NCBI GenBank assembly: GCA_002269645.1
Contig: NIVC01002363.1
Span: 62,001-126,000 of the forward strand
DNA length: 64,000 nt
Reading direction: 5' to 3'
Source: Macrostomum lignano
Taxonomy: Eukaryota
Numbering within the stretch: position 1 is the stretch's first letter; the number at the start of each line of letters is the position of its first letter. This document shows positions 1 to 13,200 of the stretch, one piece after another. Made by a program: the position numbers and the translations under genes. Under the pieces are notes generated by a model, which was given only the letters and a program-made list of their open reading frames with translations, did not search any database and was not told the origin of the DNA.

Positions 1-801
1 AATAAACACAACATACTACTGATTCTATTAAAAAAGTAGTACAGCGAGAGCAAGTAAAATAATTTCAAAAATACACAGCGCAATTTAAGACAGAAAATAT
101 GAATAAATTAGGAATTGAAGAATTCGATTATTCGCGCAAATATAATTAATTGGATACAATAAATTAAATACAGATAAGTAACTTTTGTTTATATTTATGC
201 AAAACTTTGGAATGCCATTTGTTTTGATAAAACAAAAAAAAAATAATGGCCCACACAAATATCAGTATGGCGATATAAAATTATTGAAAATTTGTAAAAG
301 CCAAATTGATCACTTGAAAGAAATTGTCTTTTAGTTTTTCAACTCAATATAGAAATTCTAAATTTTACTTTTTTGGCACCTAAATTTATCTTTAATAGAC
401 GCTGTGGAATGATTGATTTTGCGATTAGACATTTACTGATTGACAGCCGAAAAAAAAGTTTCTTAATTAAAGGAACAGTTCAAACAGTTGAAAAAGCATA
501 AATTAAAATTGGGTTTATCAATAAACTTACGATGAGCGATGAGATTTTCCCAGGCACAAACTTCGGCAACTGTACGAAGAGGGACGCTTAAAACAATGTC
601 ACATAATTCCATAAGTTCCATAACTCAAGCTCCATAATTTCTGTTATTCATGTTCTCGCTGCAGGTAACGTAAAAAAGAAGTGATTCTAAAGCGACGAGT
701 TGTCGCAGTACAAGTCGCCTGAGAGACAATTTGAGCAGTTTTATTGTCTGCAACTAAAGCAACTGAGTTGCGATCCAAAGCGCAATTGCGTCACTTTATG
801 A

Positions 802-1530
802 CAGAAGTCGGCAAACTTTTTTACCTTAAGGGCCAGAAAGAAAACCTAGCACGTGACTGCGGGCTAGAGGAGGGGAAGAGAGAAGAGAGGAGAGGAGGAG
901 AGGAGAGAAGATGAGAGAGAGAAAAGAAGAGAGGAGAGCAGAGGAGAGGAGAAGAGAGGAGAGAGGAGAGAAGATGAGAGAGAGAAAAGAAGAGAGGAGA
1001 GCAGAGGAGAGGAGAAGAGAGGAGAGAGGAGAGAAGATGAGAGAGAGAGAGAAAAGAAGAGAGGAGAGCAGATGAGAGAAGAGAGGAGAGACGAGAGGAG
1101 AGGATGGAAGAAGAGAGGAGAGCAGATAAGAGGAGAAGAGAGGAGAGAGACGAGACGAGAGAAGAAAGGAAGAGAGGAGAGCAGATGAGAGAAGAGAGGA
1201 GAGACGAGAGGAGAGGATGGAAGAAGAGAGGAGAGCAGATAAGAGGAGAAGAGAGGAGAGAGACGAGACGAGAGAAGAAAGGAAGAGAGGAGAGCAGATG
1301 AGAGAAGAGAAAAGAAGAGAGGAGAGCAGATGAGAGAAGAGAGGAGAGAGACGAGACGAGAGGAGGGAAGAAAGGAAGAGAGGAGAGGAGATTAGAGAGA
1401 AGTGGTGAGAAGAGTCACAAACCGTGAGCGGGCCGGATTGCTATTGTGAAGTTTGAAAGGACCCGAGAGCCGGACAGACAGGTTTTGCGGGCCGCATGTG
1501 GCCCGTGGGCCAGAGTTAGTCCGACCCCTG
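802..1530 (+). mobile_element. Non-autonomous hAT (Charlie/MER58-like) MITE with an internal polypurine tract, copy 1
   Basis: Ends CAGAAGTCGGCAAAC...CCGACCCCTG; imperfect 8-bp flanks CTTTATGA/ATTTATAA; homologous to 9199-9921. Confidence 0.75.
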
Positions 1531-1851
1531 ATTTATAAGTTAGAATCGCATGTCGCACTTACATAACAACTCTATTTAGTCTACTTGAGTTAGTAGAAAG
1601 GTAAGCGCCAACACAACCACTCTTGGACGACTCTTTTTTACGATTCTACAAATCACTGGCTCTAAACTGTAGATTTTAATGGGGATTCTGATGCTTCTAA
1701 ATTGCTCATTATCTTGAGCAATGAGGGGGCGCAGCGTCATTTGTACTTTATGCTGTTGATAAACAAGGCGCTAGCATTGCTCCAGATTCTACGTATATTA
1801 TTTTGCATTAAAAACATAATATTCAAGGGTTAATTAAACTGAAGCTTAGCC

Positions 1852-2034
1852 TCAAGCCGGCACATCCGCATCAATCAGGTCGCCAACAACCATTACTAAA
1901 TCGCAGTTAGCCATGGGATCTGAGACTGGCCGGCGCTCCAGCACCGCGTTGCGATCGGCGTAGCCCAGGAATCTGTACACCCGATTGCGGTCCGACACTT
2001 CCTGCAGGACTCGCCCGCCTAGGAAGGCTCGGGC
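1852..2034 (-). CDS. MAP4K3: MAP4K exon 8 (CNH C-terminus and stop); absent from the ORF track
   Basis: [60 protein letters not shown], after GGCAG|. Confidence 0.9.
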   Translation of the reverse strand, partial: ARAFLGGRVLQEVSDRNRVYRFLGYADRNAVLERRPVSDPMANCDLVMVVGDLIDADVPA

Positions 2035-5000
2035 CTGCCGGTCGGGGGGGGGAGGTGTTTGGAGCAGATTTTAGGGAAATCTGTGATCGGCTGCTTTGTT
2101 TTAGAATCGGTGCATGTACTCCATTTAATTTTCGATGTACTACTCAAAATGTGTCTTAATATACCACTCCATTTATACTACACGGTATAATATAATAATA
2201 TAACTGATAACACCTGCCCTAATGGCCACATGTGCAACCGACAGCTCAGCCGCAGCTATTGCGCGGCGCATCTGAAGGCTGCGTACGGCTGTTCAGTCCA
2301 AGGACTGGGGGGTCGCCACACACACCCTCAATTACCCCAGCTAATGCTGGCACCCATTTTACAGCTGGGTGAACTGAAGCAATGCAGAGTTGTGTGCTGC
2401 TCAAAGAAACAAATTGTTCCGGGTGGGTCGAGAATCGAACCCCCAACCTATCAGGATCGTGAGTCCGACGCTCTAACCACTAGGCTACAACCTTTTTATA
2501 CTACTAAATGCGATATACTACTCAGTATATACTACTAGATACCACTCAATATATACCACTATATAGTACTGAAGATAATACTCTGTCATACTACTATACT
2601 CAACATATACTACTAGATATACTACTCAACATATACTACTAGATATACTACTCAACATATACTACTAGATATACTACTCAGCATATATTACTAGACATAC
2701 TACTCAGCATATACTACTAGATATACTACTCAACATATACTACTAGATATACTACTCAGCATATACTACTAGATATACTACTCAACATATACTACTAGAT
2801 ATACTACTCAGCATATACTACTAGATATACTACTAGATATACTACTCAACATATACTACTAGATATACTACTCAGCATATATTACTAGACATACTACTCA
2901 GCATATACTACTAGATATACTACTCAACATATACTACTAGATATACTACTCAACATATACTACTAGATATACTACTCAGCATATACTACTAGATATACTA
3001 CTCAACATATACTACTAGATATACTACTCAGCATATACTACTAGATATACTACTCAACATATACTACTAGATATACTACTCAGCATATACTACTAGATAT
3101 ACTACTAGATATACTACTCAACATATACTACTAGATATACTACTCAACATATACTACTAGATATACTACTCAGCATATACTACTAGATATACTACTAGAT
3201 ATACTACTCAGCATATACTACTAGATATACTACTCAACATATACTACTAGATATACTACTCAGCATATACTACTAGATATACTACTAGATATACTACTCA
3301 ACATATACTACTAGATATACTACTCAACATATACTACTAGATATACTACTCAGCATATACTACTAGATATACTACTAGATATACTACTCAACATATACTA
3401 CTAGATATACTACTCAACATATACTACTAGATATACTACTCAACATAGACTACACGCACCTGATAGCCGTGCTTATAAAACGCCAGCACAATCTCGTCCA
3501 GCACCTGGGCCCGTTCCAGTGTAAAATCGAAGCTCAGCTTGGACAAATGCCCGTCCGGTGTGGGCGCTTTCAACCGGCCAGTGTCCAAGTCGTGCACCGT
3601 GGCCAAGCCCCGGTGGCAGAGCAGCACAGCGGACATGTCCAACTGTGCCAGACTGACAACTCCAACCTCTTCAATCTGCTGCAGCTGTTGCAGCTCATCT
3701 TCAACAGTGGGCCAGAGGAACACCTGGGTCTCAGTCCGAGACAGATCCAACAGCCGGTACCTGACTGAGCCGGCCCAACTGTTAGCGCCGGCGCCAGTTG
3801 TCGATGTCGTTTTGACGGCGCCTAGACAGGCGACCGGCAGCGCTCTGCCCGGCCTGATGAGCAGCTCAAAGGTGAGCAGCGGCTGCGGCAGGCGGTGAGC
3901 TCGGGTCAGCCGGCAGGCCAGGAAGGCTCGGCGGCCTTGGTCCCAGCGGAGCAGCAGCACCGAGTCGGGCAGGGCGCAGGCCAGCCAGCGCTCACCTGTT
4001 CCCGGATGTCGCTTCACAGCCACCCGGATGCAGCCTTTGGTGCCGGGGACTTTGGTGCCGCCGCGATTTCGGTTGCCTGGCAACAGGCGGCTTGATAGGG
4101 CTTGGCGCTCCTGTCGGCGAGTGGAACCGCGTAGATTGGGTTCTCGGGCTTTCGGATATCAGTCAATTAACAGTCTGAGCTGTCAATCATCTCAGCTACA
4201 GTTATTAATCACCAGAGCTATAAAAAATCTGAGCTGTCAATCATCTCAGCTACAGCTATCAATCACCAGAGCTATAAAAAATCTGAGCTATCAATCATCT
4301 GAGCTATCAATCATCTGAGCTATCAATCATCTCAGCTACAGCTATCAATCACCAGAGCTATCAATAATCTCAGCTACAGTTATTAATCACCAGAGCTATA
4401 AAAAATCTGAGCTGTCAATCATCTCTAGCTACAGCTATCAATCACCAGAGCTATCAATCATCTGAGCTATCAATCATCTCAGCTACAGTTATCAATCACC
4501 AAAGCTATAAAAAATCTGAGCTATCAATCATCTCAGCTACAGCTATCAATCAACAGAGCTATCAATCATCTCAGCTACAGCTATCAATCACCAGAGCTAT
4601 CAATCATCTGAGCTATAAATCACCTGAGCTATCAATCATCTGAGCTATCAATCATCTGAGCTATCAATCATCTGAGCTATCAATCACCTGAGCTAAAAAT
4701 CACCTGAGCTATCAATCATCTGAGCTATCAATCACCTGAGCTATCAATCATCTGAGCTATCAAAAACCTGAGCTATCAATCACCTGAGCTATAAATCACC
4801 TGAGCTATAAATCACCTGAGCTATCAATCATCTGAGCTATCAATCATCTGAGCTATCAATCACCAGAGCTATCAATCACCAGAGCTATCAGTCACCAGAG
4901 CTATCAATCAACAGAGCTATCAATCACCTGAGCTATCAATCATCTGAGCTATCAATAACCTGAGCTATCAATCACCTGAGCTATAAATCACCTGAGCTAT

Positions 5001-6724
5001 AAATCACCTGAGCTATAAATCACCTGAGCTATCAATCATCTGAGCTATCAATCATCTGAGCTATCAATCACCAGAGCTATCAATCACCAGAGCTATCAGT
5101 CACCAGAGCTATCAATCAACAGAGCTATCAATCATCGGAGCTATCAATCATCGGAGCTATAAAAAATCTGAGCTATCAATCACCTGAGCTATCAATCACC
5201 TGAGCTATCAATCACCTGAGCTATCAATCATCTGAGCTATCAATCATCAGAGCTATTAATCATCAGAGCTATTAATCATCAGAGCTATCAATCATCTCGA
5301 CCATCAATCATCTCAGCCGTCAATCATCGCAGCTATCAATCATCGCAGCTATCAATCAACTCAGCAGTTTAAAAGCCAGAACATGCTCACCTGCAGCAGC
5401 GGTCCCAGATCGAACCTGTACAACTGCGGGTGCTTGCCGCACAGGGCAGTGAGGACACCACGGTGGACAAACAGCCATAAACAGCGCATGGGCACCAGCT
5501 GGACCATGGCACCCGCCTCCTGCAGCTGGCCAAGACCCAGACAGTATAGACCTTCGTTTGCTCCTAAAAGCAGCAGCGGGTCGCCGCCAGCCGTAGTCCA
5601 CTTAGCCGTGTCGTTGATCTTCAACGGGCAGGACTCGAAAAGCAGCTGAAGACCGCCGGGGACCTTCACGAAAGCTCCGGCATTATCAAGCAGGCTCTCC
5701 TGACTGCCGAACACTCGACGGCGCTGCTGCTGCTGATTGGGCCCTCGCAGCAGATGCTGGCTGATGAGGCGACTCGAGCTGACTGCGGCCGCTGCTGCGC
5801 CTCCGACGCTGGCGCTGCCGCGTCGACGTCCTCCAGCTTTCGCTGCCGCGGCCGCCGCTGCTGCCGAAGCTGCTGCATCTTCAGCGGCGACCGCTTCTGC
5901 AAATGCTGGCGTGGAAATCGGTCGGTGCAGCGGAGCCGGCGGCGGAGGCAGCGGCGTTTGCGGATGCACGCGCGGCGGCTGGCTGGGACGGGGCGGCGTT
6001 TGCTGTTGCTGCTGCTGTTGCTGCTTCTGTTGCGAGTCTGATGATGAAGCCGAGGAGCTGCCAAAAGATCAATTTTTGGTTTTTTCTTCAAACGACGGTC
6101 GTAATTATAGTGACGGAAAATTGGTCATTGTGCCGATTTCCAGGAAAATGAATATTGCGGTAATACTCAATTTCTAAGAAACTGATCATTGCGGTAATAC
6201 TCATTTTCTAAGAAACTGATCATTGCGGTAATACTCATTTTCCAAGAAACTGATTATTTTGTTTTTGACTTTTTCTAAGAAAGTGATAAATGATAAATGA
6301 CGATTTTAAACTGCCGTTTAATTTATCTCCTGAAAACTAATTTAAAGAATCTTCTTGCCAAGCAAGCGGGGCTTACTCGATATCCACCATGCCAGAGCTA
6401 GACGCCCACAACAGGCCGTAGACACCGTCGTCGCCTTCCAGCAGCTCGGCGGTCAGCTCGACGTCGGCTTCTTTGTCATTGTCGTCGTTATTGTCAACGT
6501 CATCAACGGCAGCGTCGCCAGAAGACACGGACGATGTGGACGCAGAAAAAAGAGGCGAGAGGCGACCCCCTGGAGTGGCTGGGAGCGGCCGCTGCTGCTG
6601 CTGCTGTTGCACTGAAGCCGCAGAAATTTGAGAGACGGGCCGGTCAGGCCGCTCTACTGGTAGGGGAGTTCGGGGAGGTCCGCGAGGCGGTGGCACAGCG
6701 GGACGCTCGCGTTGCTGCTGCTGT

Positions 6725-6763
<39 letters not shown>

Positions 6764-6780
6764 AGTTGCTGCTGCTGTTG

Positions 6781-6811
<31 letters not shown>

Positions 6812-7115
6812 TGTTGTTGTTGTTGCTGTTGTTGCTGCTTCTGACGTCCCTGCTGTTGTTGTTGCTGAGATTCGGGCAAAACTCCACCAGCTCTGAAAGG
6901 ATAGTTTAGCAACTGCATGTCTTAGTGTCTGCCTGTCTGTCTGTCTGCCTGTCTGTCTGTCTGTCTGTCTGCCTGCTTGTCTGTCTGTCTGTCTGTCTGT
7001 GTGTCTGCCTGTCTGTCTGCCTGTCTGTCTGGCTGTGTCTGCCTGTCTGTCTGCCTGTCTGCCTGTCTGTCTGCCTGTCTGTCTGTCTGTCTGTCTGTCT
7101 GCCTGTCTGTCTGCC

Positions 7116-7152
<37 letters not shown>

Positions 7153-7182
7153 GCCTGTCTGTCTATCTGTCTGTCTGTCTGT

Positions 7183-7237
<55 letters not shown>

Positions 7238-10200
7238 CTGTCTGTCTTCAGGGTTAATTCACTTCACTGCAAACGTACCTGCTAGCCTTGAGCAGCTGCT
7301 CAAAGCTGCTGTGCTGCCTGCGGCAGGCCTCCTGGAACAGCCTGAGCAGCGCCACAGTGAGATGCTCGCCCAGCGCCGGACTGACTAAAAACTGGTGGCT
7401 GAGCAGCTCACTGGCAGCCGGTCGATTTCGCGGATTCATTCGCAGAGTGGCCTTGAGAAAGTCGTGAAAAGCGCCAGACCAGGCTGCTTTGTCTCGCAGC
7501 TTTGCCGGCTTAAACCGGCTGGTGGTCATGTACTGCAGGGCCTTCAGCGGCTGCATGTTGAACAGGGGCGGCTCCAGTTCGGCCAGCTCGATGGCGGTGA
7601 TGCCCACCGACCAGATGTCGCAGCGCTCGTCGTAGCCGCCTTTGCGCTTCACGTCGGCGATCTGTCGAGTCAAAGAGGGAGGGGGCAATGGAGGGCGATT
7701 CTTATTGGGGTAAGGGGCGATTCTTATTGGGTAAGGGGCGATTCTTATTGGGGTAAGGGGCGATTCTTATTGGGGTAAGGGGCGATTCTTATTGGGGTAA
7801 GGGGCGATTCTGATTGGGGTAAGGGGCGATTCTTATTGGGGTAAGGGGCGATTCTCATTGGGGTAAGGGGCGATTCTGATTGGGGTAAGGGGCGATTCTT
7901 ATTGGGGTAAGGGGCGATTCTCATTGGGGTAAGGGGCGATTCTTATTTGGGCAAGGGGCGATTCTTATTTGGGCAAGGGGCGATTCTTATTTGGGCAAGG
8001 GGCGATTCTTATTTGGGCAAGGGGCGATTCTTATTTGGGCAAGGGGCGATTCTCATTGGGGCAAGGGGCGATTCTTATTTGGGCAAGGGGCGATTCTTTT
8101 TGGGGTAAGGGTCGATTTTTATTTGGGCAAGGGGCGATTCTTATTTGGGCAAGGGGCGATTTTTATTTGGGCAAGGGGCGATTCTCATTGGGGTAAGGGG
8201 CGATTCTTATTTGGGCAAGGGGCGATTCTTATTTGGGCAAGGGGCGATTATTATTGGGGTAAGGGACGATTCTTATTTGGGCAAGGGGCGATTCTTTTTT
8301 GGGCAAGGGGCGATTTTTATTGGGGTAAGGGGCGATTCTTATTGGGGTAAGGGGCGATTCTATTTTGGGCAAGGGGCGATTCTTATTTGGGCAAGGGGCG
8401 ATTCTCATTGGGGGTAAGGGGCGATTCTTATTTGGGCAAGGGGCGATTCTTATTTGGGCAAGGGGCGAGTCTCATTGAGGTAAGGGGCGATTCTTATTTG
8501 GGCAAGGGGCGATTCTTATTGGGGTAAGGGGCGATTCTTATTTGGGCAAGGGGCGATTCTTATTGGGGTAAGGGGCGATTCTATTTTGGGCAAGGGGCGA
8601 TTCTCATTGGGGTAAGGGGCGATTTTTGATGGGGGTAAAGGGTGATTCTTCATGGGGAGTAAGGGGTGATTCCTATTGGGGGTAAGGGGCGGTTCTTGTG
8701 AGTAGAGGGGCAAGCAATTATCGAAACTGATGCGGATTAGGTGTGCGTGTTCGAACCCCAGTCTGACCTCAGGCGCCATCCAGTAAGGCGTGCCAATGAA
8801 GGACATCCGCTTGCCCAGAGTCTCAGTAATCTGTGCCGAAATGCCAAAGTCGGCCAGTTTAACTCGGCCCTCGGTGGTTAACAAAATGTTGGCGCCCTTG
8901 ACATCGCGGTGGATCTGGTGCTTGGAGTGCATGTGCATCAGGCCGCGAACCACCTCGCGGGAGATGAACGCGATGGAGGCCTCGTCCAGGGGCCGGCGAG
9001 TGGTGGTGTAGATGTCCTGATGGATACGGGAAGGCGAGGTTAGACATTTTGAGAGTACTTGTGCCAAAATCTCGCGCTGGGGAGAACATGAATTTTAAAA
9101 CATCAAAAATTAAACAATACTTAATCAAAATCTAATAGAATTAACGAGGGGAAGAATCTTGCTGTGATATCAGGATAAATCATAATCTTATCCGAAACCA
9201 GGGGTCGGCAAACTTTTTTACCTCAATGACCTGATAGAAAACCTAAAGCATGACTGCGGGCCGAAGGAGGGGAGAGAGGAGAGGGAATAGAGAAGGGAGA
9301 TGCGAGGGAATAAAGGAGAGACGAGAGGAGAGACAGGAGAAACGAGAGAGGAGAGGGGGGATGGGAGAGAGGAGAGGAGAGAGGAGGGAGAGAGGAGAGG
9401 AAAGGAGAGGAGAAAAGAGAGAGGAGAAAAAAGAAGAGAGAAGAGAGAGGAGAAAAGAAAGAAGAGAGAAGAGAGAGGAGAAAAGAAAGAAAAAAGAAGA
9501 GAGAGGAGAAAAAAGAAAAGAGAAGAGAGAGGAGAAAAGAAAGAAAAGAGAAGAGAGAGGAGAAAAGAAAGAAAAGAGAAGAGAGAGGAGAAAAGAAAGA
9601 AAAGAGAAGAGAGAGGAGAAAAGAAAGAAAAGAGAAGAGAAAGGAAAAAAGAAAGAAAAGAGAAGAGAGAGGAGAAAAGAAAGAAAAGAGAAGAGAGAGG
9701 AGAAAAGAAAGAAAAGAGAAGAGAGAGGAGAGGAGAGGAGAGGAAAGGAAAGGAGAGGAGAGAAGAGAGGAGATACAAGAAGATACAAGAGCGCTGAGAA
9801 GAGATATAAACATTGAGCGGGCCAGATTGCTTTTGTGAAGCTGCACAAAGGACCCGAGGGCCGGATACAGAAGCTTTGCAGGCCGCATGTGGCCACGAGG
9901 GCCGGAGTTTGCTGACCCCTGGCCTAGACCCAGAGTACATGTATGATTAGGATTGAAAGCTCACCATAGACGGCGAGAGTGGCATAGAATGAAAAGCTGA
10001 ATTACAATAATTACCTGAAGCGACTTGCCTCCGCAGTACTCCATGGCCAGCCACAGGTTGAGATTGTTGAGCATTCTGTTCTCAGTGAGGTAAGCGCCAA
10101 AGAATTCCACAATGTTGGCATGACGACAGTCGCGCAGCACATGTAGCTCAGTTAAGATGCTTTTCAGATCATCTTTGGGGTCAATTTTGACGCACTTTAA

Positions 10201-13200
10201 TGCAGCAAACTGACCAGTGACTCGGTTCTTGGCCTAGATAAGTAAAAGTGCATTTAGGGAAAACTAAAGTTTACTAAATAATAAATAATGGCTGTATTTC
10301 ACATATATTAGACTGGAATTTTTTTAAGTGACTTGCTAATTTTTTGCTATATACAACATAAACAACAAACTGCAGTACAAACTAATGTAAACTACATTTT
10401 AAAGTACAATATGCTCTAGGTTTTTTTGTGAAAAAATGCCTGCCATCAGGCCCCGCAGCGACTTAATTTCTTACTTTCTAATGTAGCGCAAAAATGATAA
10501 ACAAATTAAAACCGAGATAAAGCGCAACACCTAAGACTTGTGGAGTTCAATCATAGAATCATACAAGGCATGAAACTGTATGCCTCTGCTTTGGAAAAGC
10601 TGCTCAAAGCGCTCCATAGTGACGCTGCAGTCATTGATCAGCAGAAGAAGTGGCTTAGTAAGGGGGTCTCACAGCGTTGCTTGAATTCGAGCTGCACAGT
10701 CCTTCTCACCAGCGAGCTTGTCGCCATGTTTGTCAAAGAAGGTTTTCAGCAAATCGAACTGAACCAGGATTTGCCTTACAATTGGAGCAAGCTGCAACCA
10801 CCTAGTCTCGACAGGCCGCAGAAACTTCAACTTCTCGACTTTTAACAAATTAGCTAGCTGGTCGTAATTTTTTCCATTGGAGCACTGTAGCGAAGAAGGC
10901 TGAACAGATCAGAAGCAAATCCTTCAAGATTGCTGTTAAGCGAATTAATGGCCTTCCTCCAGGCATTGTGAACATGGTGAAGGCTGCATCCTCCAATGTC
11001 CAGCTGAGCTGCACCCTGATCCTGGACCCGTTTTACAGCACCAGCCCTTGAACCGCGCATTGTGGCACAGCTGTCTGATATAAGGGAAACACAGTTGCTC
11101 ATCTTTCCACCATGTTTGTCCACACATTTTGTTGATCGATTCTGCAACTGTTTTTGCATCTGTTGCTTGGATAGTAGGCAGGCCTAGCAAAACCGTTCGA
11201 ATCTCCCAACCATCAAGACAGCCGATAACCACCTCTAGGCGACTTTGCCCCTTGTTGGCTTCATCAACAAGCAACAAAAATTCGGTCTCAATCATGAGCT
11301 CGCATAGCTGTCGGTTTAGATAGATGTGAATACCATCTGTCAAGAGGTACGAAACTTTTCTGGGAGAAAGCTTCATGTTTTCCGGAGCAATAAAATCAGG
11401 GAACATTCTTTTAAAAATTTCTACAATGTGGGACTTACTTTCAAACGCCTTGTTTCGCTCGACAGTGTGAAGAACCCACAAAATCTCAAATTCGCAAAAA
11501 AGTTCAATTACACAACAAAATGGGAAAACTTGAATTCATTAGGTTTATTTTACAATTCCCACAGATAAATTAAAAAAACTTTACTTTCCTGCTTCTCTGC
11601 ACTGATGCCCAGAATTCCCACAGATTTGGGAATTCCTACAGTGCCCAGAATTTGGACCCATAGTGCCAAAATGGCACCACAAATCTTTAGGCCTAGTGCC
11701 AAAAAAATTAATGCATTTTATGATATAGTAAAGATGCAATCATTGAAGTAAAGTATGTGTAGCTGCATAGATATTGTCTCATTTTAACTCTTATATATGA
11801 AAAAAGTTAAAATAGCCTAACAATTATTTTAATTTTTTATTCAGAAATTTTCAGGGTTACTAATGAGAATAAAAAAATTAGGCATTGAATGGTTAAACTA
11901 AAAAATTTGATGAGTGCCAATTAGTAATCCTGATTTCTGATTTGGCATCCTGATTTTGGACCTAAAGTGCCAAATGAAACCACAATTTGACAAAAAACTT
12001 TTCAAATAAAAAATATTTTAAGCAAAGAGATACTTTTTCTTAGCTTTTTACTTTGGTGCCAAATTCTAATTTTTAATTTATAGGCACCAAATAGCAAACT
12101 GGGGAATATAAATGTTGGGTATGAAAAAGCACAGACATAAAAAAGCATGAATACCTATTCCTAGATATATTACAAATTAATAAAAACATTGTTTATTAGT
12201 ATAGGCCTAATTCAAGTTTAACCTCAACAAGTTACACATCATATGTTGGCATCTGATAGGTTCTACCCTCTAGATTATATAGTATATTCCCAAAAATTTG
12301 GGTGTGCATAGGCCTTGAATGACAAAAGTTAGGCGTGTATAGTTGGTATACATTACCCCTAAGAAAATAGTGTACATGCACACTTGGCATGCACTTTATA
12401 GAATCACTTAAAATAAATTGTGTTAAGTGGAAAAAAGATTGAAAAGTAGATTTTCTAGTACAAATTTCAAGCTTTCCAGTTTTTTAAGCTTGTAATTAGG
12501 CATTTAAACAAATGTTTATGCATATTAATTTTTTGATATAAATAGTATAGACAAGAAAGATAAATAATCAACCAAATTATCAGCCAAAAAGGGTCCTTTA
12601 TGCAAGGAAAAAAAGGTAATTTATTATTGCAATACTAGCCTAGATTTGAGAGTATAGGTGAGCCCTCACATTTTTTGGCATGCATTTGTAACTATTTGAT
12701 TTTTGTTTGGGTGGGCACCTAGCATGATCTGGACTATGGGATAGGCTATTATAATCTGCCCCTCCCCCCTATATGGCTACATAGCATTTTAAAGAAACTT
12801 AGGCCTATTTACTATTATATTATTTTATAATGTAAAACTGACTAGCCTAGGCTAAGGGTATAATACAAAATTGGCTAAATGTTTTAAATGTCTAAATAGA
12901 TAAGAATAAGTATAGGTTTATATATTTCCTGATTTCTTTTTAGTCATAATTGGTATTAGGAAATTTTAAAAGATTTTAAAGTTTTAAAAAGATAGATATT
13001 ATAATAGGATTACATTAGGCCAAACCAAACAATAACATTCTTCTTAACTTTTATTATTAGGTATTTGTCTACTAAATAAAGCAAGCAGCCTAGCACAAAA
13101 TCAAAACATTTGAATTAGAATGCTTATAGCATTCTAAATTTTTTGTCAATATTAGGCCTAGTTCCACCAGTGAACGAGCCGAGCCGAGCCGAGCCGAGCC

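Noticed and set aside
6925-8417. CLSV- and GKGRF-repeat ORFs (also 23104-23832, 29999-30371, 42296-42575, 55936-56666)
   Set aside because: They are tandem repeats inside introns or MITEs.
9218-9940. Long E/K/R-rich or F/L/S-rich ORFs here and at 1104-1301 and 54899-55129
   Set aside because: They come from the polypurine tracts inside MITEs.
10540-10845. Plus-strand 101-aa ORF and similar antisense ORFs over the kinase, lectin and Gypsy regions
   Set aside because: They are shadows of coding sequence on the opposite strand.
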